A stretch of 64,000 nucleotides of DNA, from positions 1,536,001-1,600,000 of the forward strand of contig OZ253496.1 of assembly GCA_965262115.1 (NCBI GenBank), written 5' to 3'. Below are positions 23,315 through 34,483 of the stretch, one piece after another. The position numbers were made by a program, and so were the translations under genes. Under the pieces are notes generated by a model. That model was not told where the DNA came from. It did not search any database and saw only the letters and a program-made list of their open reading frames with translations. This stretch comes from Nitrospinales bacterium. GTDB taxonomy: Bacteria; Nitrospinota; Nitrospinia; Nitrospinales; VA-1. Positions within the stretch are counted from its first letter, which is position 1. Each line of letters begins with the position of its first letter.

Positions 23315-24127
23315 TTGAATTCCTACCTGTTAACGCGTGTGACCAACCTCCCTCATTTTTTCAGATTCCTAATTTTTGTTTTGTTGGGCTGGGGATGTCA
23401 GCCTCGTGTCGAACCAATCGCTCCGCATTTTTTAAAAGATTCAATCACCACCGATTACGTTTTAAAAAGGCAGGTAGACCGGGCGGGGCAAATTAAAAAC
23501 CTTAAATCATTCACCCGCACCAGCTTTTTAGGTCCTAAGCGGAAGCAAAGTTTCCGTCAGTCTTTATTGATTCAGAGTAGCCAGTCTATTCGGGTGGATA
23601 CCTATGGCTTGTTTGGTCAGGCTCTGGGTGTTTTCACCCACCATGAGGGCAAGACCACGTTTTTTGATCCGGCAAAAGGCAGGATTTATTGCGGGGCAGA
23701 AGTGGAATCCCTGATGGAGAGAATGCTGGGAACACAAGTGGATTTTTACGAGCATCTCAGAATTTTTATCGGCCATATCCCAAGACTTGAGCTGCTTAAG
23801 GTTTTAAAATCGCGTTTGAATTTAGACCGGACGCGATACATCCTGCAATTGACCGATATCCTGCGGGGTGGTCGCGTGACCCTGCAATTTTCCGCCACGA
23901 CTTTGCTTCCTCTTGCGATGACTCGCTATCTGGAGGGAGGGCGCGCCGTCTATTCGGTCACATGGCAGGAATACGCAAAAGTGGGGGAGCATGACTTTCC
24001 TCATCTGGTGACGTTAACATTTCCTGAAAAACAGGAAACGATCAGGGTGAAATATAAAAATCCGATCATCAACCAGGGACTGCCTGCAGACACGTTTCAA
24101 CTCCCTTTACCTGCTTCGAGAAGTTGA
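23315..24127 (+). CDS. LolB-like/DUF4292 lipoprotein
   Basis: GWGC lipobox; position between the TPR gene and ispE. Confidence 0.6.
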   Translation: MNSYLLTRVTNLPHFFRFLIFVLLGWGCQPRVEPIAPHFLKDSITTDYVLKRQVDRAGQIKNLKSFTRTSFLGPKRKQSFRQSLLIQSSQSIRVDTYGLFGQALGVFTHHEGKTTFFDPAKGRIYCGAEVESLMERMLGTQVDFYEHLRIFIGHIPRLELLKVLKSRLNLDRTRYILQLTDILRGGRVTLQFSATTLLPLAMTRYLEGGRAVYSVTWQEYAKVGEHDFPHLVTLTFPEKQETIRVKYKNPIINQGLPADTFQLPLPASRS

Positions 24128-25026
24128 TGACAGCGTCTAGCGTTTCTTTTAAGACCCCGGCAAAAGTGAATCTGGGGCTCCATATTCTTGGCAAGCGTGA
24201 AGACGGTTTTCATGAACTCGAAACCCTGTTTCAAATGGTGAACTGGTGTGACGAGATTAAGTTGGAACGTCTTTCGTACGGATTGGAGTTGGTCTGCAAC
24301 CAGCCGGATATTCCTGCCGATGAAGGCAATCTGGCTATAAAAGCCGTCCGCCTGTTAGAAACGCACTATTCTGATCGCTGTAAGGGTGTAAGAATCCATT
24401 TAAAGAAAAACATTCCCCATGGGGCCGGGTTGGGGGGAGGCAGTGGCAATGCCGCCGGGGTTTTGCTGGGACTCAACTTTTTGTGGGATTTGCAAATAAA
24501 ACGGAAAGACCTGATTCTTATAGCTTCCGAACTGGGTTCGGATGTGCCTTTTTTCCTGCTTTCCCCCTGCGCTATTGGAAGGGGTCGGGGAGAAATTCTC
24601 GAATCGGTAAAAAGTTCCATTAGATTTTATGTTTTAATGGTTTACCCGGGGTTTGCCGTGTCCACGGCGATGGTTTATGGAAATCTAAAATTGAATTTGA
24701 CAAAGCGGGAAAATAATATTAACATTTTGAAAAATTTTCTCTTGCAGTCGGAGTTTGCCCAATTGGGGGCGGCCTGGTCCAATGATTTGGAACCCGTTGT
24801 ATTTCAAGAGCATCCGGGTATTTCTGAGATAAAAAAAGAGATGCTTGCTTTGGGAGCAAAGGGGGCGCTCCTTTCAGGAAGTGGCTCCACTGTCTTTGGT
24901 ATTTTCGACAATCCCGAAACAGCGAAAAGTGCGTACGCCCGGTTGGAGAGAGGGGAATTCCGGCTGTTTTTAGCTGAAAGCGTTGCCAGTTTATCCGAAT
25001 TATATCCTGAGGAAATGTTGTGTTAA
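24124..25026 (+). CDS. ispE: 4-diphosphocytidyl-2-C-methyl-D-erythritol kinase
   Basis: [26 protein letters not shown] and SGSGS motifs. Confidence 0.95.
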   Translation: MMTASSVSFKTPAKVNLGLHILGKREDGFHELETLFQMVNWCDEIKLERLSYGLELVCNQPDIPADEGNLAIKAVRLLETHYSDRCKGVRIHLKKNIPHGAGLGGGSGNAAGVLLGLNFLWDLQIKRKDLILIASELGSDVPFFLLSPCAIGRGRGEILESVKSSIRFYVLMVYPGFAVSTAMVYGNLKLNLTKRENNINILKNFLLQSEFAQLGAAWSNDLEPVVFQEHPGISEIKKEMLALGAKGALLSGSGSTVFGIFDNPETAKSAYARLERGEFRLFLAESVASLSELYPEEMLC

Positions 25027-25068
25027 CGACCACCCTAGCGCATTGGTGCGGATTGGGTTTTTATACTT

Positions 25069-25144
25069 TGGGGCGTCGTCAAGTGGCTAAGACACAGGAT
25101 TTTGATTCCTGCATTCGGAGGTTCGAGTCCTCCCGCCCCAGCCA
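25069..25144 (+). tRNA. tRNA-Gln(TTG)
   Basis: CAGGA-TTTTGAT-TCCTG anticodon arm, GGTTCGAGTCC, CCA end; canonical ispE-tRNA-prs position. Confidence 0.95.
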
Positions 25145-25169
25145 GATTTTTACGGGGATTATTTATAGA

Positions 25170-26135
25170 ATGTATTCCAGCGATAATGGGCGGTTGCTTG
25201 TTTTTTCAGGTAGGGCCAATCCGTCCCTGGCGGAGGATATTTGTAAATATCTTAAAGTTTCTTTAGGGAAAACGGTGGTCCGTGATTTCTCCGACAAGGA
25301 GATTTATGTGCGGATCGAAGAAAATGTTCGCGGCGGAGATGTTTTTGTTATTCAGCCGACTTGTTATCCCGGCAATACCAATTTGATGGAATTACTGATC
25401 ATGATCGATGCCTTGCGCCGGTCATCAGCAAAAAGGATCACGTCGGTGATCCCTTATTATGGTTACGCGCGCCAGGATCGCAAATGCGAACCCAGGGTGC
25501 CAATCACCTCCAAGCTGGTTGCCGATTTGCTGGAAACGGCTGGAACGGACCGGGTGTTGACTCTCGATCTTCATGCCGGACAGATACAGGGTTTTTTCAA
25601 TATTCCCGTGGATCATCTGTTTGCCATGAATGTTCTGATTGAATATATCCGCACACTTGCTTTACCAAATTTGATTGTTATTTCACCCGATGCGGGAGGG
25701 GTGGAACGGGCCAGGGCATATGCCAAAAGGCTGAATACCTCTTTGTCCATTATCGATAAGCGCAGGTATATTCCGAACGAAGCCAAAGCCATGAATATTA
25801 TTGGTGACGTGAAGGACAAGGTAGCGTTTATTGTGGACGATATGATTGATACTGCGGGAACCCTCATGGAAGCGACCGATGCGTTGCTGGGGGTGGGCGC
25901 TAGCGAGGTTCATGCCTGTTGTTCTCATGCGGTTCTTTCCGGTCCTGCGGGGGAGCGAATCAGTAATTCTCGGATCAAGTCGGTGGTGACGACAAACAGC
26001 ATTCCCTTAACCAACGGGTTAGAAAAAAACCCGAAGATCAAGGTGCTCACGGTCGCGCCGTTGTTGGGAGAAGCTATTTTAAGAATTCACGAAGAAACCT
26101 CGGTCAGTTCGTTATTCGATTCAACCCGAGAATAA
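25170..26135 (+). CDS. prs: Ribose-phosphate pyrophosphokinase
   Basis: [16 protein letters not shown] and DDMIDTAGT motifs; start placed after the tRNA. Confidence 0.97.
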   Translation: MYSSDNGRLLVFSGRANPSLAEDICKYLKVSLGKTVVRDFSDKEIYVRIEENVRGGDVFVIQPTCYPGNTNLMELLIMIDALRRSSAKRITSVIPYYGYARQDRKCEPRVPITSKLVADLLETAGTDRVLTLDLHAGQIQGFFNIPVDHLFAMNVLIEYIRTLALPNLIVISPDAGGVERARAYAKRLNTSLSIIDKRRYIPNEAKAMNIIGDVKDKVAFIVDDMIDTAGTLMEATDALLGVGASEVHACCSHAVLSGPAGERISNSRIKSVVTTNSIPLTNGLEKNPKIKVLTVAPLLGEAILRIHEETSVSSLFDSTRE

Positions 26136-26207
26136 AAAATCAGGCTTTGGCGTTGCATATTATGCGTAGTGCGCTCATAGCTTTTATCTAATGGATGGGA
26201 GTATAGA

Positions 26208-26873
26208 ATGTCAGCTTTAGCGGGAAAATTAAGAGAAGTAACCGGCAAGTCTGCCACGCGGAAACTTAGAAACGATGAGACCATGCCTGCAGTTCTATAT
26301 GGACTGAAAGACAACCTCAGCCTGACGGTTAACCCCAAGGAATTGAGAAAGCTCCTTGAAGCAAAGGGCCGCAATGCCTTGATTGAACTCGAAATTGAAG
26401 GTGACTCCAAACGCAGCGTGGTGGTGAAAGAATATCAAGCCCACCCTTTAAAGCCGGGTTGGGTGCATGCGGATTTCCTGGAAGTGGATGTTACTAAAAA
26501 AATCAAGGTCAAGGTTCCTGTTGTGCTGGTGGGTGATTCACCCGGCGTAAAAATGGGCGGGTTGGTCAACCACATCCTTCGCAATATTGAGGTGGAGAGT
26601 GTTCCCTTGAATATCCCTGAAAAAATTGAGGTGCAGATGGGTGGAGTGGAACTCAATGATGTGATTCATGTTTCCGATCTTACGGTAGGAGAAGATGTGG
26701 AAATTCTCAACAACCCCAGTGATGCTGTGGTGACCGTTCATGTTGAAAAAGTGAAAGAAGAGACACCTGAAGGCGAGGAAGGCGAAGAAGTCCTAGAAGG
26801 CGAGACTGATGAAGGCGCTGAAGCCACCGCAGATGCACCGGCTGATGCTGCCGGTAAAAAAGAAGACGGTTAA
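26208..26873 (+). CDS. rplY: 50S ribosomal protein L25 (CTC type)
   Basis: PAVLYG and HADF motifs; acidic tail. Confidence 0.95.
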   Translation: MSALAGKLREVTGKSATRKLRNDETMPAVLYGLKDNLSLTVNPKELRKLLEAKGRNALIELEIEGDSKRSVVVKEYQAHPLKPGWVHADFLEVDVTKKIKVKVPVVLVGDSPGVKMGGLVNHILRNIEVESVPLNIPEKIEVQMGGVELNDVIHVSDLTVGEDVEILNNPSDAVVTVHVEKVKEETPEGEEGEEVLEGETDEGAEATADAPADAAGKKEDG

Positions 26874-26881
26874 AATAAATA

Positions 26882-27439
26882 GTGTTCTTGATTTTGGGTC
26901 TGGGCAATCCCGGGCCACGCTACGAATTGACACGGCACAACGCGGGTTTTTGGGTGGCGGATAACCTGGCCGATAAATATGATATCCGGCTGGGGTGCCA
27001 CAAATATTTCTCCTTGTATGGAAAAGGAGAATTGGATGGACTCGAAGTTGTTATAGCGAAACCGATGACCTATATGAATGAAAGCGGAAAAGCGGCCAAG
27101 TCGTTGCTTTCCGCTTTTAATCTTTCCCCAGAGCGATTGCTGGTGATTCATGACGACATTGATCTTCCTCTTGGCAAGGTTAAGAAAAAGTTCAAGGGCG
27201 GCGATGGCGGGCAACGGGGAATCCGATCAACGATCCGATCCATACGGACCGGGGAATTTGCGCGAGTTCGAGTGGGGATCGGTAGGCCCGAGGATAAAGG
27301 CGATATTGTTGATTATGTGTTGTCCCCATTTGAAGAAGAAGATTCGGGCCTGATAAATGAAACTATGGAACAAGCGGTGCAAGCGGTAGAAGCGGCGCTC
27401 AAAGAACTCAATAAACGATCTAAATCTACGGAGGATTGA
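26882..27439 (+). CDS. pth: Peptidyl-tRNA hydrolase
   Basis: [23 protein letters not shown] and HDDID motifs. Confidence 0.95.
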   Translation: MFLILGLGNPGPRYELTRHNAGFWVADNLADKYDIRLGCHKYFSLYGKGELDGLEVVIAKPMTYMNESGKAAKSLLSAFNLSPERLLVIHDDIDLPLGKVKKKFKGGDGGQRGIRSTIRSIRTGEFARVRVGIGRPEDKGDIVDYVLSPFEEEDSGLINETMEQAVQAVEAALKELNKRSKSTED

Positions 27440-29520
27440 ACGGAATGTTAACGGAACATAAAGGTGAAATGATTTTCATCGGATTTGCCATGATCTTGTA
27501 TCTGGTGATGGCCGCTTTTGATGTGTCGCAGAAATTTGTTTATCTGGCGGTCTTATTTGGGTTATTCGGGCTCGTCATAGCCTGGAAACTTTTTGAAAGC
27601 GTGGATGATGAACCGGCCGGCAATGAAAAAATGACCGAAATCGCCGATGCCATCCATGAAGGTGCAATGGTTTTCCTGGCCAGGGAATATAGAATACTGG
27701 GTTATTTTGTGGGAGGGGTGTTCCTTCTGCTGTTGGTTTTGATTTCCGTACAGAGTGGTTTGTGGATCGGTCTGTGGACAGCCATTGCTTATGCAGTAGG
27801 GGCTGGGTGTTCCATGCTTGCCGGATTTTTCGGCATGAACGCGGCGACCACCTCCGGGGTACGAACTTCTCAGGCTGCTTTGGATGGCGGTCAGGCTAAA
27901 GCCCTCAACATCGCTTTCAACGGCGGTGCGGTGATGGGACTTTGTGTGGCGAGTTTGGGCCTGATCGGGGTTGGCGGATTGTTCACCCTGTTTGGCCGTG
28001 GAGAGTCTATCGGAGTCATCAGCGGATTTGCCATGGGCGCCAGTTCCATCGCGCTGTTTGCGCGCGTGGGCGGAGGCATCTACACCAAAACTGCCGACGT
28101 TGGTTCCGACCTGGTTGGTAAAGTGGAAGCGGGAATCCCGGAAGACGATCCAAGAAACCCGGGGGTTATTGCTGACAACGTCGGAGACTGTGTGGGCGAT
28201 ACTGCAGGTTTGGGAGCAGATATTTTTGAGTCCTACTGCGGTTCCATGATTGCTACCATTGCTCTCGGTGCAGGCATGGCAACCATGAAGTTTGAATACA
28301 TGGCCCTGCCGATCCTGGTTGCCATGATCGGCCTGGTGGCTTCTGTCCTGGGAATCCGGGCCATGAGTGCTTTGGGAAACATGGATCCTTCCGCCGCACT
28401 GCGCAATTGTACTTTTATCAGCGCCGGGGCCATGTTGTTCGTCACCTTTTTTCTGATTAAGGTTATGGGACTGCCTTCTGGCGTTTTTGTCGCCTTGTTG
28501 TTTGGTTGTCTGGCAGGTATTGGTATTGGCCTGATCACCGAGTATTACACGGCTGGCAAACCAGTTATCCGCATTGCAGAGGCAAGTGAAACAGGGGTTG
28601 CGACAGTAATGATCACGGGTCTTGCGATAGCAATGGAAAGTTGTGTTGTGCCTATCCTGATCATTGCGTTGACGATTTTTGTGAGTGCCGAATTCGCCGG
28701 TCTCTATGGTGTGGCGCTTGCGGCCGTGGGTATGCTGGCAACAGTAGGCATCACCATGTCGGTCGATGCTTACGGACCGATTGCGGATAACGCAGGCGGA
28801 ATCTCTGAAATGGCTGGGCTGGGGGAAGAAACCCGTAAGATTACTGATGGACTAGATCAAGTGGGTAACACCACGGCCGCTATCGGTAAAGGTTTCGCCA
28901 TTGGTTCTGCGGCTCTGACGGCACTGGCCTTGTTTGCCGCGTTCACCCAGGCGGCAAACATTGATTCGATTGATATTACCAAAACGACAGTCATCATTGG
29001 TGTCTTTTTGGGTGGGGCGATTCCCTTCTATGTCGCCGCTCTCACCATGACTTCGGTGGGCGAGGCGGCCATGAAAATGGTTGAAGAAATCCGCCGCCAG
29101 TTCAGAGAGATTCCTGGGTTGATGGAAGGCACGGCAAAACCAGACAGTGCCCGTTGTATCGATATCAGCACTCAGGCGGCCTTGAGAGAAATGGTCGCCC
29201 CGGGTGTAGTGGCTTTCCTTAGTCCCATCATTGTCGGTTCAGTGCTTGGAGCAGAAGCTCTGGGAGGTATGCTGATGGGTGCCACGCTTACTGGCGTTTT
29301 GCTGGCGTTGTTTATGTCTAATGGTGGCGGTGCCTGGGATAACGCGAAAAAATATGTGGAAGCGGGTAACCTGGGTGGTAAAGGTTCCCCTGCTCACCAC
29401 GCTACAGTAGTTGGAGATACGGTTGGAGATCCGCTGAAAGATACATCGGGTCCGGCGATGAACATCCTGATCAAATTGATGTCTATCGTCTCCCTGGTGA
29501 TGGCGCCGTTTTTCCTGTAA
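27436..29520 (+). CDS. hppA: Membrane ion-translocating pyrophosphatase, K+-dependent type
   Basis: [23 protein letters not shown] and [10 protein letters not shown] motifs. Confidence 0.95.
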   Translation: MNGMLTEHKGEMIFIGFAMILYLVMAAFDVSQKFVYLAVLFGLFGLVIAWKLFESVDDEPAGNEKMTEIADAIHEGAMVFLAREYRILGYFVGGVFLLLLVLISVQSGLWIGLWTAIAYAVGAGCSMLAGFFGMNAATTSGVRTSQAALDGGQAKALNIAFNGGAVMGLCVASLGLIGVGGLFTLFGRGESIGVISGFAMGASSIALFARVGGGIYTKTADVGSDLVGKVEAGIPEDDPRNPGVIADNVGDCVGDTAGLGADIFESYCGSMIATIALGAGMATMKFEYMALPILVAMIGLVASVLGIRAMSALGNMDPSAALRNCTFISAGAMLFVTFFLIKVMGLPSGVFVALLFGCLAGIGIGLITEYYTAGKPVIRIAEASETGVATVMITGLAIAMESCVVPILIIALTIFVSAEFAGLYGVALAAVGMLATVGITMSVDAYGPIADNAGGISEMAGLGEETRKITDGLDQVGNTTAAIGKGFAIGSAALTALALFAAFTQAANIDSIDITKTTVIIGVFLGGAIPFYVAALTMTSVGEAAMKMVEEIRRQFREIPGLMEGTAKPDSARCIDISTQAALREMVAPGVVAFLSPIIVGSVLGAEALGGMLMGATLTGVLLALFMSNGGGAWDNAKKYVEAGNLGGKGSPAHHATVVGDTVGDPLKDTSGPAMNILIKLMSIVSLVMAPFFL

Positions 29521-29539
29521 CTGAAATAAGGTTTAAGTT

Positions 29540-29576
29540 AAAGGGATGGGGGCTTGCCCCCATCCCTTTTCTTTTT
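29540..29576 (+). terminator. Rho-independent terminator
   Basis: AAAGGGATGGGG-loop-CCCCATCCCTTT followed by a T run. Confidence 0.85.
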
Positions 29577-29593
29577 AGAAAGGAGTCTGTTTC

Positions 29594-30370
29594 GTGCTGT
29601 TAGGAATTCATGACTTTATAAATTCACAGCCTCTTTTGGAGCCTTTGAGGAAACGGGCTCTGGATATCCGTACCGACTCCCCGGCGCGGCTGGCCGATCA
29701 ATTATCTGGCGGAGAGCTGGATATGGCCATGATTCCCGCCATCGAATATTTAAAGCAGGCCGATCGGTTTCGACTTTTACCGAACATTTCCATAGCCTCC
29801 AGAAACAAGGTGGGAACCGTTTTGCTGGTCTCCAAGGTTCCTCTTAATTCTATCCGCTCTTTGGCACTGGATGACCGTTCGAGAACTTCGGTCGCGTTGA
29901 TCCAGGTGCTTTACTCGAAAGTGTTTGTGACCGGACTCAAACTGGAGAGCCAGGAGCCCGATCCGGAAAAGATGCTCGAAAATCACGATGCCGCATTGAT
30001 CATTGGCGATCAGGCTCTGGGGTTTTCCAAAGAAGGCGTGTCAGTCTATGACCTCAGCGAAGAGTGGTTCAACCAGACAGGCAAAACTTTTGTTCACGCC
30101 GTGATGGCAGTTCGGGAAGGTGTCAAGGTGGAGGGTGGAATTATTCAAACCCTGCTGGATGCAAAGCAGGAAGGAATGGAAAACCTGGATACGATTGCCG
30201 AGAGTCAGGCAAAGAAAACGGATCATCCTGTGTCTTTATTGCAGGACTATCTCAAAAATAAAATTCGTTACGATTTTGGCGAAGAGGAAATAGAAGGGCT
30301 CGTGCATTTTCAGTCCCTTTGCCACGAGACCGACCTGATTCCACAAAAATTTCCCTTAAAGTTTGTTTGA
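29594..30370 (+). CDS. mqnA: Chorismate dehydratase (futalosine menaquinone pathway)
   Basis: FINSQPL, SRTSVAL, LIIGDQAL and YDLSEEW motifs. Confidence 0.85.
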   Translation: MLLGIHDFINSQPLLEPLRKRALDIRTDSPARLADQLSGGELDMAMIPAIEYLKQADRFRLLPNISIASRNKVGTVLLVSKVPLNSIRSLALDDRSRTSVALIQVLYSKVFVTGLKLESQEPDPEKMLENHDAALIIGDQALGFSKEGVSVYDLSEEWFNQTGKTFVHAVMAVREGVKVEGGIIQTLLDAKQEGMENLDTIAESQAKKTDHPVSLLQDYLKNKIRYDFGEEEIEGLVHFQSLCHETDLIPQKFPLKFV

Positions 30371-30387
30371 GGATGGGCTCCGAAAAC

Positions 30388-31134
30388 TCAACTCGGCTTT
30401 TGTTTTAAATAATCCCAACCCCAATTAAACCCTTCTTTAATAAACTGGCCTAATTTCTGCACAGAAGATTCAACGAAGTCGAGATAAGCCTGGACGGCTT
30501 CAGTGCGTTGTGGTTCGTCCGGCTCTGATGAGGAAGGTTCTGGAGAAGCGATCACTTCAGTCACCACTGCCTCGGCTACATTCTGTTTTAAAGTCGGCTC
30601 AGGTTCTTCGAGGCTTGCGGTTTCCTGCAGTTCTTCCGCCACATCTTCCTCTTCGGGAGTCTGATCAAAATCGTTGCCAGAGAGGTGGGCCGCTGATGTG
30701 GACGGTGGGCCGCTGATACGTGTTTCCTGAATTTCAGGAGGCGAGACGGTAGCAAGCTTGGCAATTTCAGCCTCAGGAACCTCAGCGGGTTCTGAAATTT
30801 TAGCAACCGTCTCGTCCATAAAGGGCGGTGTTGGGGTGACCAATGCCAGTGGTTTGGAAGGAGCTGATTTTGGGGAAACGAAGTTTAAAATTTCAGCGGG
30901 AATGAGGTTGTTGAAATATAGATAGCCGCCCGAACCTATCAAAACAAGAACCAGGAGCAAAAAGACTTTCCCTGCGCCGGATTTTTTCTTTTCTTCTGGA
31001 GGCAGAAACTCCTGTTCCTCAAACCCGGGATCGGATTCAGAATCTTCCGGCGTCTCCACCGCAACAGGGAGAGCTTCTTCTTTTTCTAGAGAGTCTGAGT
31101 CTTGCGGTTTTTCTGATTCGCTGTTTTCTTGCAT
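30388..31134 (-). CDS. Hypothetical acidic single-TM protein
   Basis: Long ORF with one TM segment and E/P-rich linkers; start placed downstream of the repeat. Confidence 0.6.
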   Translation of the reverse strand: MQENSESEKPQDSDSLEKEEALPVAVETPEDSESDPGFEEQEFLPPEEKKKSGAGKVFLLLVLVLIGSGGYLYFNNLIPAEILNFVSPKSAPSKPLALVTPTPPFMDETVAKISEPAEVPEAEIAKLATVSPPEIQETRISGPPSTSAAHLSGNDFDQTPEEEDVAEELQETASLEEPEPTLKQNVAEAVVTEVIASPEPSSSEPDEPQRTEAVQAYLDFVESSVQKLGQFIKEGFNWGWDYLKQKPS

Positions 31135-31138
31135 AAGA

Positions 31139-31260
31139 CCACTAGCCGTGGAGGCAGATAGCAATAAATCGTTGGGCCGAGCAGCCAATGGAGCGCAAGT
31201 TAAAGATATTGCAATTTTCCAGAGGCGGTGCGGCGTCCACTCGCCGTGGAGGCAACTGGA
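31139..31260. repeat. CCACTAG...CTAGTGG MITE-like family copy
   Basis: Shares CCACTAGCCGTGGAGGCA ends and AAAGATATTGCAATT core with 21436-21516, 33612-33670 and others. Confidence 0.75.
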
Positions 31261-31336
31261 AAAAACTTCATCCAGAAGCTCAATGACCCTCGTTCGCCCT
31301 ATAACGTACCAACCTTTTTCCCGTGGCGGTGCGCCA

Positions 31337-32215
31337 CTAGTGGATGATTTTGTTTAAGGGATATTCGACAATATCTTCTGCGCCAGCGTTTTTAAGGTCG
31401 GGTACAATATCCCGCACCAGTTTTTCTTCCAGAATAACATTCACGGCAACCCAGCCCTTTTCGCTGAGTTCGGAGATGGTGGGTTTTTTCCCCGGCGGAA
31501 AAATTTTAATAATGGCATCAAGATTATCTTTCGGGGCGTTCAGCATCAGCCCTACCCGGCCGTTTGCGGCCATGGCTCCCTGCAACATCAAAACAAGGCG
31601 ATCCACTTTATTTCTTTTCCACTTGTCCTGGCTGGCTTGCTTGTTCATGATAAAGCGGGTTGTCGATTCCATCAAGGTGTCCACAATGCGCAGGTTGTTA
31701 GCTCTCAGAGAAGACCCGGTTTCGGTAACTTCAACAATGGCATCCACCAGTTTAGGAGCTTTAACTTCTGTTGCTCCCCAGGAAAACTCAATGTTCGCGG
31801 TCACTCCCTTTTCTTTCAGCCAGTCGGTGGTCAGGTTAACCACTTCAGTGGCGATGCGTTTGCCCTGCAGGTCTTTAACTGATTGGATGGCAGAATCGTT
31901 GGGGACGCACAGCACCCAGCGTACTGGCCGGGCGGAGACCTTTGAATAAACCAGAGGTGCGATCTCTTCAACATCGGCACGATTCTCAAGAATCCAGTCT
32001 TTGCCTGTCAGACCGGCATCGAGCACTCCATCCGCCACATAACGGGCTATTTCCTGGGCGCGGATCAGCATGCATTCGATCTCGTCATCATCGATGCTGG
32101 GAAAATAGGACCGGCTTTTAATGGTGATGTTATAACCTGCGCGCGCGAAAAGTTTAACGGTTGCTTCTTCCAGGCTTCCTTTGGGAATTCCTAACTTCAA
32201 TACGTTACCGCTCAT
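31337..32215 (-). CDS. hisG: ATP phosphoribosyltransferase (long form)
   Basis: GIPKGSL, GATEVK and ETGSSLRAN motifs; C-terminal regulatory domain. Confidence 0.95.
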   Translation of the reverse strand: MSGNVLKLGIPKGSLEEATVKLFARAGYNITIKSRSYFPSIDDDEIECMLIRAQEIARYVADGVLDAGLTGKDWILENRADVEEIAPLVYSKVSARPVRWVLCVPNDSAIQSVKDLQGKRIATEVVNLTTDWLKEKGVTANIEFSWGATEVKAPKLVDAIVEVTETGSSLRANNLRIVDTLMESTTRFIMNKQASQDKWKRNKVDRLVLMLQGAMAANGRVGLMLNAPKDNLDAIIKIFPPGKKPTISELSEKGWVAVNVILEEKLVRDIVPDLKNAGAEDIVEYPLNKIIH

Positions 32216-32257
32216 GGATTGGCTTCTTTCTAAAGAAAAATTATTTAAAAGGGCGGA

Positions 32258-32629
32258 TTATTTTTTATAAACTTTTTCTGGATCAAAAACTTTTTCTTCG
32301 ATGATTTTCACGTCGCCGTTAACTTTTCTGAAAAAACAACTGGTATAGCCTTTATGGCAGGCGGCATTGCCAACTTGTTCGACTTTCAGCAGAACTGTGT
32401 CGTCATCGCAGTCGACAAAAACTTCCTTAACGATTTGCACGTTACCGCTTTCTTCACCTTTCATCCATTGTTTGTCGCGCGAGCGGCTGTAGAACCAGGC
32501 TTTTCCGGTTTCCAGGGTTTTTCCCCAGGCAATGGTGTTCATGTACGCAAGCATCAGAACCTTGCCGGTTTCCGCGTCCTGAATGATGACCGGGACCAGA
32601 CCGCCCATCTTATCAAAATCCAATTTCAT
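32258..32629 (-). CDS. hisI: Phosphoribosyl-AMP cyclohydrolase
   Basis: KGEESG, DCDDD and [10 protein letters not shown] motifs. Confidence 0.95.
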   Translation of the reverse strand: MKLDFDKMGGLVPVIIQDAETGKVLMLAYMNTIAWGKTLETGKAWFYSRSRDKQWMKGEESGNVQIVKEVFVDCDDDTVLLKVEQVGNAACHKGYTSCFFRKVNGDVKIIEEKVFDPEKVYKK

Positions 32630-32942
32630 AAACCTTCTCCAATACGTGATAACGCAGTGAAAATGCGCTTAAATTTGAGACTAATTAGGGGTCAGAACCT
32701 GAATCCCTGAAACTTCTCCAGTATTGAGGAAGACCGAAATGGCACATTCATATTATTGGGTAAAAACCCAATAAATACTGGCTCAAGGTGAAGCTTGAAA
32801 ATTTAAAATATAATTGATTTTATGTCAGCCTTATAATAGCCTGTTTGAAACCGAATTAGTTGTTTTTTTTGTTTGTTTTGCGACATTCCCCTGTTGAATT
32901 TATGGGGAATTAAACGATTTGATCCTATTTGAAAGAGGTCTT

Positions 32943-33563
32943 ATGCCTTCGATCACCCATTTTGAAATCTATAAACCTGCGGAGCCGTGTAGTTATACCG
33001 GTGAAAAATTGCGGGAAGTCATGACGAAAATAATCTCCGAAACGCTCACTCCAGACGGTACAGACTTGAACTTGAAAGGCTATTGCATTGGCCCAAATGG
33101 CATGACGATCATTACCCGTGACGAACGTGTTGCCAAAGTGCGACGATTAAACCTGGGGGGCAACCGCATTGGCGATGCCGGGGTCAAGCTATTGGCGGAG
33201 GCGGAGTTGTTTTCCAAGGTCAGCTGGTTGGAGCTTGGAGGGAACGATATTGGGCCGGATGGCATCCGTTCCCTGGCGAGTTCAAATGCATTGAAAAAGG
33301 TCAAATCCCTCAATCTTTATCGCAACTACCTTAAGGACGAGGGGGCGATTATTCTTGCTAATGAGAACCAGTTGGCAAAAGTTGAGGATCTTGACCTGGC
33401 TCAGAATGAGATCGGGGATGACGGCATTTTGGCTCTTTCCCGGTCGAAAAAATTTCCTGAACTGGTGAGCATCGCTTTGGACAATAATTTTTCTTCTGCT
33501 GAAGGAAAAGAAGAGGCCAAAGTCGGCCCTAACTTTAAAAAGCTCCAGTCCCTCAACCTGTAA
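32943..33563 (+). CDS. Leucine-rich repeat protein (RI/GALA-like)
   Basis: LNLGGNRIGDAG, LELGGNDIGPDG and LDLAQNEIGDDG repeats. Confidence 0.8.
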   Translation: MPSITHFEIYKPAEPCSYTGEKLREVMTKIISETLTPDGTDLNLKGYCIGPNGMTIITRDERVAKVRRLNLGGNRIGDAGVKLLAEAELFSKVSWLELGGNDIGPDGIRSLASSNALKKVKSLNLYRNYLKDEGAIILANENQLAKVEDLDLAQNEIGDDGILALSRSKKFPELVSIALDNNFSSAEGKEEAKVGPNFKKLQSLNL

Positions 33564-33724
33564 CTACTAGGCGCCAGCGTGACGCTGGACTCAGCGTGCA
33601 AGAACCCGTTAAGCCGAGTAGCCGATTGAGGGCAAGTTAAAGATATTGCAATTGGCCCCACGCCTAGTGGTTGCTAGTTGCCAGCGGAGGCACTCCGCTT
33701 ACTCATTCGTGGGATTAAAATATC

Positions 33725-34297
33725 ATGTCAGAAGCTAACCAAGATTATGGGAAAGGTCATTTTATGATCGCTAATCCTGTTTTGCCGGACCCTAGTTTTT
33801 CCCGAACGGTGGTGTTGTTATGCAATCATGACGACCAGGGTTCGTTTGGCTTGGTGATTAATCGGTCTGCCCCTGCCAGCGCCAAAGAGATTTTTGAGGG
33901 CATGGGCATTTCAAATTCTCCCTCAGGGAAAATTTATTTAGGTGGTCCCGTGTCCCCCTCGCAGGTGTTTTACCTTTGCCACTCAAAAACTCCTTTGCTG
34001 GAACTGGATGCCATTTGTGATGGAGTTTATCTGGGAATGAGTTGGGAACTTCTTGATAATTTGATGACGCGGGTTGAAGATCCGGAAAAAAATATCAGGT
34101 TTTATATGGGCTATTCCGGTTGGGGCGCAGGTCAGCTTGTGGGCGAGATGACCCGGCTCAGCTGGTTGACTTGTGAAGCGCAAAGCGAATTTGTGTTTCA
34201 GGAAAATGAAGAGGGCGTCTGGGCAAATGCCGTGAAGTCCATGGGCAAAGATTACGAATACCTGATCAAAGCCCCCGTTAACCCACAATGGAACTAA
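33725..34297 (+). CDS. YqgE/AlgH family protein
   Basis: GLVINR, GGPV and GYSGWGAGQL motifs. Confidence 0.9.
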   Translation: MSEANQDYGKGHFMIANPVLPDPSFSRTVVLLCNHDDQGSFGLVINRSAPASAKEIFEGMGISNSPSGKIYLGGPVSPSQVFYLCHSKTPLLELDAICDGVYLGMSWELLDNLMTRVEDPEKNIRFYMGYSGWGAGQLVGEMTRLSWLTCEAQSEFVFQENEEGVWANAVKSMGKDYEYLIKAPVNPQWN

Positions 34298-34483
34298 CCC
34301 ACTAGCCGTGGGGGCAGATAGCCATAACTTTTTCCGGCAAAAAAAGTTGTCGCGGCTTAATGGGTTGGGGTGATTGACCTCCAGTGGGGTTGCCGTGCCC
34401 GAGTGAGAGGATGTTTTATTCTTCTTTAGCTTTCATGATCCTGTGATTTCCCCTGACGTTAACTTCATGCCCTGCAGGGTACA

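Noticed and set aside
25020..25169. N-terminal extension of Prs in the ORF track
   Set aside because: Overlaps tRNA-Gln; the real start is ATG 25170.
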